Of a DNA stretch of 64,000 bases, positions 48,465 through 61,290 are shown piece by piece. Every line of letters starts with the position of its first letter. Position 1 is the stretch's first letter. Below the pieces are notes generated by a model. It was not told the DNA's origin, did no database searches, and saw only the letters and a list, made by a program, of their open reading frames with translations. A program made the translations under genes and the position numbers. Source of the stretch: Vezdaea acicularis (lineage: Eukaryota); the NCBI GenBank assembly GCA_026025075.1, contig JAPEUI010000040.1, forward strand, positions 62,001-126,000, given 5' to 3'.

Positions 48465-49064
48465 TTATCGCACCATCCGGCAAGACAGACGACTCAACCC
48501 AGACGACATTCGTTTTCCAACCTTCGATAGGTTTCCTTCTTTCTCTTTTCCCAGGGTGCTAGGCAACTCCATCATCGTACTCGACGAGCTGGTACTGCTT
48601 TGAGAGCTAGGACGACCGTATTGGTCAGGAGTACGTTTTGGGGAAATATCCTTCTTCTCCTCAATTCGTTGGGCCTCTGGGGGAAGGATCGTTTCGAGAC
48701 GTGCACTGAGTCGTCGGTTCCGTTCACCTTCTAGTCGTGCTGTTTCCGTATCATTGAGCACACCACCTCCCTCAAGCCATATAATGCTATTTCGGCGTGC
48801 TCCTACTGATGACCTGCGCGCACCCAAGGACGGTCGACGTGACGTGGGGGGCGTTGGACCAGTGGGACCTACGAGACGGTAGGAGCCAGGGCGAATATCC
48901 TCCGCTGGGAGGCAGCATGGGCAGATCGTGAGTCGTTGCTCCCACCCGGAGATAGATACTCGATTGCAAGAATCAAGATTCGCCGTAGGAGAGCACGCCT
49001 CTAAGAGGGTATAAAAGCGATGCTGGCAAGGCAGCAAAGAGAGCGTTAGTGTCGTAAGACACAT
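48465..49064 (-). CDS. Hypothetical protein: N-terminal Cys/His cluster, basic S-rich tail
   Basis: MCLTTLTLSLLPCQHRFY..ACSP..SC..GWE..ICPCC followed by repeated RRxS motifs; intronless. Confidence 0.6.
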   Translation of the reverse strand: MCLTTLTLSLLPCQHRFYTLLEACSPTANLDSCNRVSISGWEQRLTICPCCLPAEDIRPGSYRLVGPTGPTPPTSRRPSLGARRSSVGARRNSIIWLEGGGVLNDTETARLEGERNRRLSARLETILPPEAQRIEEKKDISPKRTPDQYGRPSSQSSTSSSSTMMELPSTLGKEKEGNLSKVGKRMSSGLSRLSCRMVR

Positions 49065-50599
49065 GACTGCGATCGAAAGTGATAGCACATAGAAATCTGC
49101 CTAGAAGTCAAGGTATAATAAGTTTCCAAGCCCGTGTGGTAGGAATATTGCGAGGCGGTTTCGCTCCAAGGTTTTTTGTTGAGTCCTCGAAAACAGAATG
49201 CGCACTCGAATCAAGACAGAGCACAGGAGTCATGAAGGGGGGGGGGGCAGCTTAAAAGACCTTACACCCTAAGCGCATAACGTTCGAGGCAAGCGGGAGG
49301 AATACACGTCATTGTCACGGGCCATGGGCTCGCATTGACGGTTTCATGATAGAGAATAGATGATCCTGTGAGCTTTTTCGTCATAAAATGTAAGGTGTAT
49401 GTTGTATGGATTGGCATAGGAGGTGGTGTTATAAGATACCGGCGTTGACGAGTTGGGGTCGAGACTTAGGAGTAACCACATGTGCTGATCCGCTGGATAG
49501 CATAGATCTGGATAGGTTTATAATTGCCGTGCATGCTGCTCTATTTTGTGGCGCGCGGGCTGCATAAGGTGGTGTCAGACAGTGTCACACCGCTTCCGCA
49601 CACTGGCTGCCGCAACTTGTGGTGTCAGAGATCGACGAAGGTTGATTGATATGGAATCCAAATTCAACCACTACAACTGTCCAGCCAGTTCCATGGTCTC
49701 GAAAAGGCTTCGGCGAATCCGCATTTGACCTACCCACCCACATGGAATGGGCAGCAACTACCCCAGCTCCGACGATAGGAGACCGCCGGACCAAAGGGAA
49801 GTTCCCGTTTCAATCGTGTATGTGCGCTTATCCTCCTTTCACATGAACCATCAACAAAGCTCGATTTGCAAAGGATTCCACTTGTCTCCCTTCGCCGACG
49901 GCTGCGTGAAATTATGAAGCTGAAACAGCTCAGCCTGGCCGTCTATTCCAACGCCAATATTCGGGGGCCGCGTCACTCATTTCTTGGCCTCAGCGAAAGG
50001 ACGCTCTTGGCAGTGAATCCGGTCCGTGTAAGGATTCAGTAGCAGTGAGACCTTGCTAGATAGAGTTATGTTCGTCTTTAGCGATCGCTGGTAAGATGAA
50101 GGAAAAGGTGAGACCGTTTAGATTTTCCGCTATCACAATTTTTGAACGAAGCTTGGCAGCAGATTTGTGATATTTTAGCTACAGGGGTCGTTCATCAGGT
50201 TGAGGCGGGATCGGAAGTCTCTTTCCCGCTCCCGGAACTTTAAAATCTCTAAGCGCTTGGGGAAGGCATCTGGAGGAAGCAAACACTACCCAATGCCAGC
50301 GGAGTGCCCAACAAGCTCCATGCCTGTCAATATCGCAAACCCCAGTTTATAGCTCGTTCGCAGACCGATTTATATCACTAGCTGCGTATGCAGAACTTCT
50401 CCATCTCGCACCTTAAATGCGACAGATGGGCATGTGGGCTGTTTGTGTCGTGAACGAAGCTTTGAAGCTGCAAGCATGAGCGGAAGTGGTCGGACAGCTT
50501 GGAGATACACTGCAGATCTTCCAAGTAGCGGGAAGAGACCATGAATGGCTTCATGGCGCCTTCAGCACAAGCATCTCTGCTTCATCCTGGGCCTTCTCC

Positions 50600-51643
50600 C
50601 TACGTATTTGTTCTAGACTCAGAAGGCCCTCCATCAAGCTCCCCCATCAGGTCTGTTAGGAATTTCTCGGCTTGCTTCTCACCCTTCTTTTCCCGAATCT
50701 TCTGCCGCCGCGCTTCAATTTCCGCCTTCCGCTTATCTTTCCGCGCTTGCTGTTCATTTCGAACCCTCTCTGTCTCCAATCGCTCCCTCTCCAAAGCATC
50801 CATTTCCTGTTTCCGAGTCTCCTTATCTTTAGAGAAGGAGTAGAAACCCACCCCCTTGCTTCTGACTTCAGAATTGGCGTCATAATGTACCTCTGGAGGC
50901 GGTGTGGCCGATCGGTCGCGCTTACTCGCCAAAGTTTCCATCTTTGCTACAATTGGTTCATCGGGGTTGAATGCAGCAGCCTGTATTGTGTCTCCATATA
51001 TGAGATTTGTTGGCTGCGATGGCCTCGCCGTAAAGCGATCGGGTTCATCAGCAGCTTGCGCTTTCCTCTTCATCTCCTCTCGGAGAACTTGTGATCTGGT
51101 GCCTTGTCGTTGCCTCCCAAACTCATCAATATAGTCAACCGTCTCCTCCTCGCTGTCGGCTGCATCTTCTGATGACGTCTCGTTGTCACTTGCTTCTCCT
51201 CGCGCTTCGCTTTCTGCCCATTTCCTATCGAAATCGACCAGATTGCGTTCATCTCGAGCGTCCTCTCCACCTGGCGCAACATAGTCCCCGCGCTTCATGG
51301 CTGCATAGAGTCGAGCCTTCTCCTCCATCTTCTTCCTCGATCTGTGTAAGACTGCATCGTCGACTTCAGGCAAAGAGCTGTGCTTAGAGCGTTTCAAGAA
51401 GATATCGCCGGGTTCTAAGTCTTTTGCGGCTCTCTTCTTCGCGTTCCGATTGTGGCTTGTAAAGATGTCCGTCTTGCCAGTTGGTCGTGTACGGCCTTTC
51501 GACGTCCGAGGAGTCGAGGTTTGGCTGTCGGACGCAAGGAGCGAAGAGAGTTGAGAAGTAAAGGCGAGGGAAGCGGAAGAGGATATGTCTTTAGCTGAGC
51601 TCTTTTGCCGAGGGATACCGTAGAGCGAAGAACTGCCGGACAT
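50600..51643 (-). CDS. CCDC174-like (DUF4078) coiled-coil protein
   Basis: MEEKARLYAAMKRG, LVDFDRKW, YIDEFGRQR, HYDANSEVRSKGVGFYSFSKD. Start taken at MSGSSSLYG. Confidence 0.85.
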   Translation of the reverse strand: MSGSSSLYGIPRQKSSAKDISSSASLAFTSQLSSLLASDSQTSTPRTSKGRTRPTGKTDIFTSHNRNAKKRAAKDLEPGDIFLKRSKHSSLPEVDDAVLHRSRKKMEEKARLYAAMKRGDYVAPGGEDARDERNLVDFDRKWAESEARGEASDNETSSEDAADSEEETVDYIDEFGRQRQGTRSQVLREEMKRKAQAADEPDRFTARPSQPTNLIYGDTIQAAAFNPDEPIVAKMETLASKRDRSATPPPEVHYDANSEVRSKGVGFYSFSKDKETRKQEMDALERERLETERVRNEQQARKDKRKAEIEARRQKIREKKGEKQAEKFLTDLMGELDGGPSESRTNT

Positions 51644-52038
51644 CTTGGAGTCTATTGATGCAAAAGGCGGGCACACCGCAAAGGTCGAGAGAAGTCGCGA
51701 AGGCGGTGGCAGAATTCCAAGCGAATGTGCATAAGCTTCAAAATACTGGCCAATGTTCCTAGCCTCCGACTCACGGACGTACAAGTGCTTAAATTTCTAT
51801 AAATATGTGAAGGTACCTTCCGAATACTGTTAGAAATTTTCTAGACATCCTGCCAGACTTATTGTTGAAACGCACAAGCCCGTTGACTTCTGAAAAGGAG
51901 CTAGGACGGTTTTAGACGCCAGTGGTCACCACTAGCTATCAACATCCAGCTTTACCAAATACTGCACTAGACAAAAGCATTCAGGACCGCACTAAAAGCC
52001 ACTAGAGGCTAAACTCTCTTCTTTTCAACTAACTCTAC

Positions 52039-53371
52039 ATGGATCCATCACGGCGTGTTTTCATTGGAGTAACTGGTAAGGAACAAAACTGGTGACTCTC
52101 GCGTATAGCCTAATCCTTGTGGCTTATATAGGGACTGGCGGCGTTGGACGAGCCTTTATAGAGCAGCTTCGTGCACTGAACGTCCGCCGCTCTCAGCAAT
52201 TTTATTCCTCACTTCAACTCTCTATCGTTCTTCTGGCAAGGAGATCCAAGATACTTTACTCGGAAGATTTTCGTACACTATCTCTAGACAACTGGGAAGC
52301 AGATCTGAATGCTTCACATTCTAAACTTCTTTCTCTAACTGAACTCGAGGAATATCTTGCAAAAGTTCCTGGAAAGGCCATCTGGGTGGATAACACAAGT
52401 GACCAGAAGGTTGCAGAAGCCTACCCAGCATTCTTAAGAAGGGGCATAAGCATAGTAACCCCAAACAAGAAAGCCTTCTCGGGATCGTACGAACTGTGGC
52501 AAGATATCTTCGCAACTGCATCGAAACTAGGATCTGGAAAAATCTTCCACGAGAGCTCTGTAGGTGCAGGGTTACCAGTAATTTCCACACTTAAAGAATT
52601 GGTTGAGACTGGCGATGAGATCCATAAGATCGAAGGTGTCTTCTCGGGGACCATGAGCTTCCTGTTCAACAGCTTCGCACCAGTTGACGGGAAAGGTGGC
52701 AAGTTTAGTGACGAGGTTAAGAAAGCAAAGAGGTTAGGATATACGGTAAGTAGAGTCAGAAACGCTGCGTCTGTATTGTCACTAAGATCTTACAGGAACC
52801 AGACCCGAGAGATGATTTGAATGGCTTAGACGTTGCTAGGAAGCTCACTATTCTAGCACGTTTGTCCGGCCTGGTTGTCCAATCGCCCACGAGCTTCCCT
52901 GTACAGTCACTGATTCCAAAGCCTTTGGAGGATGCAAAAAGTGGAGAGGAGTTTCTCGAGAAGCTAGGAGATTATGACGAGGACATCGAAAAGCTCAAGC
53001 AAGAAGCAATTGCTGAAGGCAAGGTCGTCCGCTTCGTTGGTAGCATTGATGTGGCTATGAAGAGCGTAAAAGTTGGGCTTGAGAAGTGAGAACTCAGCAT
53101 CAGCTAAGGCAAGGAAATCTACTAATATCGCCTTTTAGGTTTGACAAAACTCATCCAATCGCTGCATTGAAAGGTAGCGATAATATTATCAGCTTCTACA
53201 CGAAAAGATACGGTGCTAATCCACTGATCATACAAGGAGCAGGGTAAGTACTCCACGCTGCAGTATTACGACGCACGTATCCGCTCTAACATAGATGATA
53301 GAGCTGGGAGTGAAGTAACGGCTATGGGAGTAACCGGAGATCTATTGAAAATCTTACAAAGCATGGAATAA
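52039..53371 (+). CDS. HOM6: Homoserine dehydrogenase; introns 52076-52131, 52746-52795, 53086-53138, 53244-53301
   Basis: GTGGVG, VTPNKKAFS, HESSVGAGLP, SGTMSFLFN, GYT|EPDPRDDLNGLDVARK, IQGAGAG. Confidence 0.97.
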
Positions 53372-53742
53372 GGAATATTCTGCCCTGGCACTTTGCCCCT
53401 TTATGCGGCTCAAATGACAAGCCTATCATGTGCAGAGCAACGTGTTATTATGGACTTGAATCAAGAGTTCTGCATTTAAGAATACGATGAGATGTACTTT
53501 CAAGCTTAAAATGCCAGCGGTTTGTGCAAGAGATTCTTCCCAAAGTGATCAGGGCGCCGATGCAAACCGGACTTAAAAGTCTTGACATGGACTAGCGCAG
53601 TTTACTCGGATCGGCTAACAGATCTAGATGCCTCGGCAAGAAATCCAACCAGGATCACTTGCATCACCATTAAAATGCCCGATAATCACATATCGACGAG
53701 TTCCACCGCATATTATTGTTATACAACAGCAATATTTCGAAA

Positions 53743-55343
53743 ATGGATACCTCCCCCACTGGCCTTATCAAAGCTCTAGTGTAAGTCGAAATCAATTCAA
53801 ATCTATCTTAACTTAAGCTCACAAAAGTCTAGCCCTAAGATACCTCTAATTCTCAGTACTGCGCTATGGCATACACTCGGTCTCACGAGCACATCGTCGA
53901 AATGGGATTTACGAACAGAACTTATGATCAAGATCCTTCGGTCCTTTTTGACCGGCGCTTCAACGCATTCACTAGGCCAACAGCAGGCCATGTCGATGCG
54001 TGATCACGCTATAAAAGGGCCGATGTGGATTTCAAAAACAACCTTGACAGCGAAGGACGCTGGTGAAAATAATCTCCTTGAAGCTCTCGAACAGGCAATA
54101 AACAGCCTAGATGATAGCGTCGGCAAAATACCAATACCGCCTCTCCGCAACCTAGAAGCGGAATGGACAGGCTACCGTACAGGAGTTGGGGGGCGCGAGC
54201 CCCAACCAGACATTACTGAAGACGAGAAGTACGACAGGTTGATGAAAGAAGTCACCAGCGACGTGACAATCCTCTACTTCCATGGCGGCGCCTACTAGTA
54301 CGTTTCCCCACACTCGTTGGAACCCCTCAGTTAACATTCCCAACCTAAGCCTCATGGACCCTGCCTCTCACCGCCCTACTGTTTCTAACCTCGCTCGCCA
54401 CTCTGGCGGCCGCGGCCTCTCCATCCGCTACCGTCTTGCCCCACAACACCCTTTCCCCGCCGCCCTGCTTGACTGCCTTTACGCCTACCTCAACCTACTC
54501 TATCCGCACCCGAGCTCGCGCATCCCCCCCACCCCAGCCCATCACATCGTCATAAGCGGCGACTCCGCTGGCGGCGGCCTCAGCATATCCCTCTTGCAAC
54601 TCCTTCTCCAACTCCGCCGCCAATCGCCCACCCTCCTCTTCCGCGGGCAGCAGGTTGCACTCGAGCTCCCCGCAGGCGTGGCCGGTATGTCCCCCTGGCT
54701 TGACTTGACGCACTCCCTACCCTCCAGCACGCAAAACGGACCGTACGACTACCTCCCGCCGCCCCACCTCGACCCTCTAAGTATCTACCCCCCAGATGAC
54801 GTCTGGCCGACCCCCCAGCGCCGCCAGAGCATCTACGCCCCCAGCACACGCGCCATGCTCCATCCCCTCGCCTCGCCCGTCTGCGCCCGAGACTGGTCCG
54901 GCGCACCCCCCGTGCTCTTGCTAGCCGGCGAAGAGCGCCTGAGCGACGAGACCGCTTTCGTGGGGCGGCGCATCCGCGAGCAAGGCGGACGCTGCCGCGT
55001 CCAGCTGTTCGAGGCGATGCCGCATTGTTTCGCGCAGGTGCTTCCGTGGACGGACGGCGGGAAGAAGTGTTTTGGCACCTGGACCGCGTTCATGACCGCC
55101 GTCGTCCGCAAAGAGACCGTACCCACCGGTGCGAGCTTCGTCCTGGCGAAGAGCCTGCGCGAGAGTGAGGTCGCTCTGGAAGACTTCTATGATGGGTCCT
55201 TGGAGGATGTGATTAGTGGCATGCGGCGGCTGGTGGAGGAGGCGGAGAGGAGTATCGTGGGGAGTAGTGCTGGGTTGGAAGGGAAGACGGCTCCGGCGGA
55301 GATGGACGAGGGTACGGCGATTGCGGTGACGGCGAAGCTGTAG
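53743..55343 (+). CDS. HSL-family alpha/beta hydrolase (lipase/esterase); introns 53781-53832, 54298-54349
   Basis: YFHGGAY, YRLAPQHPFPAALLD, SGDSAGG, SPWLDL, MPHCF. Confidence 0.92.
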
Positions 55344-55756
55344 AGTGGAAGGAGGGCCGTAAGCATTTGTGGCGCGTCTGTTTGCCTTTGGATATTTAGT
55401 CCATCACGATCACGATTTAGATCACAGCATACACACATCCGTGTAGATACGATAATAAGAGGCATATATCTCGATGATGGTTTGTAGGTATGAACTATCG
55501 TTTGGCAATGCTATCTATCTACGATCATCTAAATAAGGAGTTGAGCCAGTAATCGCCATGTCGTATCGCAGTGCAATCGACCGTCTATCCTCTGGACGCA
55601 AGGAGAAAGAAGTGAAGATCTACAGACGGGGGGCGGTCTATCGGGATCGAGTCAGGTCCAAATCATGGCTTCAGTCATATCGGGGGGTTATCGTGTGTCG
55701 TCTTAATCGTCTCATTCTCGCTCAGCGAGTCTTGTTCAATTGCCAAGTCATCCGAG

Positions 55757-57294
55757 TCATAGCTCCTTCCCCTTGATGGCGTACTTCCGGCGGAACATGT
55801 CGTCAACTTCTTTGAGGTAATAGGTGCCCGCAACAATCGTGTCTGGCGAGCCTGACGGCTTATAGCTCTTCTGCAGGTGGGCTTTCTCGCGCAGGACGCA
55901 CATCTCGTCGTAGACCTCCGGCGCCACGGTTCTCCGTGCGTCCAGTCTCGCGTGTAAGTTAATCTTATCGCTGATGGACTTCACGTCGCCAACGATCTTG
56001 AAGGAGAAGAAAGAGCTCGCAAGCCCACTGCCATAGCTAAAGATAGCGACTCGCCTGCCGGTCAGTGTCGTGGAAGGGACGTTTGTTAGGAGGGAGACGA
56101 GACTGCCATAAACGCTAGCGCAGTACATATTGCCGCACATGGTCGGGACCTGGACACTCGGCTTGACGCGTTCCTCGAAGCGCTTCTTGCTAAGGCCCAT
56201 GAAGGTTTTCTCGATGGTGCGGTCAGAGAGAGAGGCTTCGTACTTGATATCACGTTGCTCGGCTGGTACACTAGCGAAGACGGGAGATGTAGGGTTGTTA
56301 AGGAAGTCATTATAAAGCAGCCTTGCGTAGGACTTGGCCACGAGCTTACAGGTCGGCGAGTGGAAGAGAACGTGATCGAAACGGTCAAGTGGTGTGGTCA
56401 TCTCATCCTTCTCGTGGACACCATTAGTCGCTCCATTAGTCTTGGCGAGGGAGGCTTCACGCGCGTTATATGACTTGTAGCAGGCGTCGACGGCTTCTGT
56501 GTAGCATTTAACGGAGAAGTGACCGTCCACAATCGGATACTCGGAGGTCAGGTCTGGCTTGTAGAAATCGTAAGCATGTTGCATGTAGGTACCTCGGTGT
56601 CCCGGTTCGAAGACAATTGGCGCGTCTGGTCCGACAAGCATTGCAACGCAACCAGCTCCGCCAGTTGGACGAGCGGCGCCCTTCTTATAGAGAGCGATAT
56701 CACCAGCTACAACTATAGCGTCACGACCATCCCAGGCAGACGATTCAACCCAGTTGATGCTGTTGAATAGGGCATTGGTGCCACCGTAGCATGCATTGAC
56801 GGTGTCTACGCCCTCGATATTGTTGTTTCCAGATGAAGAGAAGAGCTGCATGAGCACCGACTTTACCGATTTAGATTTGTCAAGAATTGTCTCAGTGCCA
56901 ACCTCTAGACGGCCGATGCTCGTGGGATCGATGGAGTATTTGGAGAGGAGAGACGATACGGCAGTGAGGGCGAAAGAGTAGATGTCTATTATCAGCGTTA
57001 GCTGTGTCATAACAGCACATAGGAACAGCTTTGCAAGAGTAATACCTTCACGGTCATCACAGAAGCTCATTTTGGTCTGGCCAAGGCCAATGGTGTACTT
57101 GCCCTGGCTAACGCCATCGAACTTCTCGAGCTCCGCCTGATCAACGCACTACAAGAGGTAAGCCAAGGCCCGAGAGAAGAAGGTTCAAGATAACGGCAGC
57201 GTTCTTGAAACCTATTCTTTGAATCTATGCTTACCTGACTTGGGAAATATATCTCAATGGCTTTGATGCCGATGTTTTGAGGGCGAGAAGCCAT
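55757..57294 (-). CDS. ERG13: HMG-CoA synthase; introns 57149-57234, 56986-57045
   Basis: [52 protein letters not shown]. Confidence 0.98.
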
Positions 57295-58983
57295 GTTGGT
57301 ACTCTTGGTAAGGGGAATAGCTTCAATGACGTTTGATCTTGCAGAAATTATGGCCCGGACTGCGAGCTAGATTGCTACCGGGTTTGCAGAACAAGAAGAG
57401 TGCTGAACTAATTATCAGAGAGGTTGTGTAACAACAGCAGAATGCAGACAATGATAAGTTTGTACAAGTCTCGGTACTATCAATGGTCGATTGGTGATCC
57501 TGCTATGGCACCTTTGACGGGGCTGATAATACTCGGAGAAGAGGACTTTTCAATTCCCACGAAGAGCAATAGATTTCAGATCCGAGCGGTGCAAAGAAAA
57601 AGCGTGCGAGCCATTGGGGCGTTGCAGCTTTTGAGCATCGTCCCAGCAATCTGTTGACGAATTCGGAGCTAAAAGCTAGCCCGGCTCCGGACCTTCTAAG
57701 CGATGCAGTACGCCATTCACCAGCGCCCACCAGGGCCGATCACACCGCTTTGGCACCGCCAACGCCGTCAATCATGCCACTTCTCCGGCGACGCTCACGG
57801 TCCCTTCGGGCCAGCTTGCTGCCGTAGCATTGAGATGAGGTGGTCACTTTGTAGTGCAGCAGCAATATCAACCCAACAGCCTCGCACGGTCGCTCCCTCT
57901 CAGGGCTAGCCCTGCTCTCCTCGGAAGGCTAATGGGAGGATCTCAACGGCCTCCGTCCCCCCGGCCCCTCTCCTCGGCGAGAGGAGTCTGATATCATCCG
58001 GCTTACCACGTGATGTCCGCGATACGACACGCACATGATACGGTGCTCTTGCTGATAGCGTTTATGCTGTGCACTGCAAATATCTCGTATGGTCTTGTGC
58101 GATGAAGCAAGTAACATCCCAAGTGAGAGAGAGAGAGAGGGGTGGCCTTAGGGATTTCCGTCGAGGGAGTGCCAATGGCGTGACCGCGCGCAGGCCTGAT
58201 CCTTTGGAACTGTATTTCGATGTGCTCTACGGAGGTTCATGTTGACTTCCGGGTTATGAGGATGAGGATGCCGTTATCGTGCCTACGGTTTGCATGGCCA
58301 GTTGGCATAGCAGAGAAGAAGCTTATGCTTCTGCGATCGCCATTGCAAGCTTCTGAAAGGGTTGCCCATATGTCCTGGACCTAGAACGCAGATGCGTAGG
58401 AGAAGACGAGCAAGGGCCATGCGACGGACCGTCCGCGCAGTGAAACCGTTCGATGTTCATCAGAGGCCCTCACGATGACAATATGTGACGAATCCTTGGG
58501 TTTCACACGGGGGGAGTATCGGCTGCTGCCCTTCTCCAGATTCTCATGGTTGGTCCAGTCTTGGCGCGAACCGCAGTGCGAGCAGCGCAGCAGGGGAGGA
58601 GCAAGGGAGGGGCAGGGGAGTAGGGCGGTTTCGAATTGCCCGTAGCCGCCGTCCGCTCGTTCGTCTCGTAGGTCCGCCGGTGCTGTGGCCCAACGGCGGC
58701 CGCAATCTGCCACAATGGCAGTGCCAAGAATGGCGCTCCGCCGGGTTCTGCTAGTCTCCTCGTGCCTTAATCCCTCGTTTCTCTCTGTCCGACGACCTCA
58801 CCACTCTCCCTGATTGCATCCGCTTCAACTACCTCCGCTCGCTCGGCCTCATCTCCGCCATCGGAAATCGGATGAAAATCCTCTGTGCCATCGTTTGCAT
58901 CGTCTCCATCGCGACAAGGCCATCCTTGGCCCACAACTGCATGCATTGGGGGAGCGAAGAGGACAGCGCGACACTCCCCAAAC

Positions 58984-61290
58984 ATGGCTGACCGTCAGCC
59001 GCATCGATCCGATGAACCGACCGTTGGTGATGTTGCTACACCCACGCGATCGTCCATTGCAGACGTTTTCGACGATGCTTTTGAGGTGCATCCGTCTGAC
59101 CTGGCCGATGGAGAGGGTGGGACAAGGGGCATAGACGGGAATGGGATGGGGACTCGCAGGCTGGCTCCGGAACCCCCAGCACCCAGGCGATCTGGATCGA
59201 TTACTACCGAGCGACCCTTCGACGAAAGGGAAGCATCCAAACAAATCAGTTCACGACTATCTTCAGACTCCTCTGACTTGAGGCACAACGGTTGGATGAA
59301 CCGCCTGTCCATGGATGACCATGTCCCGAAGGGTTCATCGGAAGAGTCTGCCCCGACTCCTCGTGCAAGGCAGCTGTTGCTCACCCATGGAAATGCTCCC
59401 GCTACATTCAATCCTTCTACTATCAATACTTCTCAGCATAATGATCGCCGAGAGCAATTGAGTTCGAGCCGTATGTCCAACGATAACGCTGCGGTGCCAT
59501 TCCGAACGCCGAGCATGATTTCGACGTCTACCACAAATACTGCTCGTCGTTCTTTTCAATCTTCATCCACCTTCTCAATGCCGCCACGAGCACAAAGTCC
59601 GTACCAAGGTCCTTCGGGTGCCCAGCACCCTTATGGGATGTATGAACAGGGCACAAACCTAACACGTACACCAAGTAATGCAACATCATCAACAATAAGG
59701 GCACCAGCGAGGTCATACTCAGGTCCGCGCGGTCCAACACATCCCTATGCTTTATACCCCCAGAATACTACAGAACATATTGAACCAGACCCTGGCCTAA
59801 GCCTTGGAATTCCTGTTGGCTTTCCCGGACATCGCCAAGTCTATCACCGGCGGTTGGGCCCAGATGGAGAGGAGGCCGCTGATATCATCGGGCCGGACGG
59901 TCACACTGAGCAACTTCCGCCCTACACACGTTACCCAGAAAATGCGCAAAAAGGAGTTGCCGGGTTTGGTGCTGTTGTGGAACCAAGTTCTGTCAACGAA
60001 TCAACTGTCGTGCCTTCTCGACTATCCACCAGGAGCTCGATGACGGAATCAGTCAGATCGCCACTCGAGGTTGAAGAGCCAAACCATCAGCCACTTCCGA
60101 GTGAGGAGAGCATAGGCACAAAGGAGAAGTGGACCGAAAAGGGAAAGCGCAGGATATGTCGTGGCAAGGTACCCATCTGGGTAATCATCCTAATGATAGG
60201 AGTGCTCTGTCTTGGGATACTACTCGGAATCATGCTAGGGGCGCTCCACGCTCGCCACGAAGCACGAGAAGCAGCTGCTACAGCTTCATCAGCAGCAGCA
60301 GCATCATCATCATCACAAAGGTAATTTCGTAATCTACCCATTCCATCCAAGAGTCTAACGTGATAAAGCTTGACCGCCACTGTCACTGTCACAACCAGTT
60401 ATGACGCAGCACCACTTACTTCTGCCCCGACCAATCTTCCTTCACCAACCGCAGGCAAATATTCCGTGAAATACAACATCATTGAAGATCAATCATCGGG
60501 CTGTCTCCCAGGACAACAAACCCCTTCATGGTCGTGTAGCGTCTCAAATTTCTCCTACTTACAAATACTACCTCCTCCATCAGGCCAAACCTACCTCCCT
60601 TACTCAGCCAAACTCACGGCTCCCAACGGAACCTCGACACTCTACTATGGCGCTCAGCCTCCCTACATCTCCCAACCCCAGGTCTTGAGCATGGTCCTGG
60701 ACGTCGATGACCAGAATAAGGGACCCGCACTATACTTCGAAGCTCCGTATGACAAAGTCGTCATCGTACCAGATGAAATGCTCTCTCACACTTCGAAGCG
60801 CGACGAGTCCGACATGGAAAAGAGACACCCACACTGGGGCACGATCGTGGCATCCAACATTCCTGCATCTCCTGCACAACCGGGCTCGAGGCCGTGGGTC
60901 TGCCACTGGAACGCCACCATCATCGAGGGATTCATCTATCTAAACTCCACCGCCGCCGGGAACGGTATGTGGGGCACCGCCACGGCCTCTCTCTCCGCGG
61001 CCGCGTCTAGCGCTGCCTCCAGCTCCGTTCCCAGCGGCCACAAGGCAAAGCGCGATGGAGATACTACGAGCGGTACCTGCCCCAATACTGTCAAGATCGA
61101 AGAACGACGGAAGCCGAACCCGGGCCCGGACGATCCCTCGCCCTACTGTGAGCAGTTCGAGGTCCTAGACGACGGCTCGCTGGGCTCTCTTGGCAACAGG
61201 ATACAACTGCAGGCATCTTTGCCCACCTATCCCAAGATGCAGAAAAGGCAAGGCATGGATTGCCATTGCGAGTGGGTCATGTATTCGTGA
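58984..61290 (+). CDS. Hypothetical single-pass membrane protein (disordered N-terminus with LPPY motif, Cys-containing C-terminal domain); intron 60321-60368
   Basis: GPDGHTEQLPPYTRY, TM VPIWVIILMIGVLCLGILLGIML, in-frame splice to the 306-aa ORF ending CHCEWVMYS. Confidence 0.8.

Noticed and set aside
49991..50000. CAGCGAAAGG resembling the 3' end of a fungal TPP riboswitch
   Set aside because: The upstream CUGAGA, AUACC and UGAUC..UAAU elements are absent and no thiamine gene is nearby.
57739..58014. SRE/E-box-like sites upstream of ERG13 (ATCACACCGC at 57739; CACGTGAT at 58007)
   Set aside because: Plausible, but short motifs cannot be told from chance without conservation or ChIP data.
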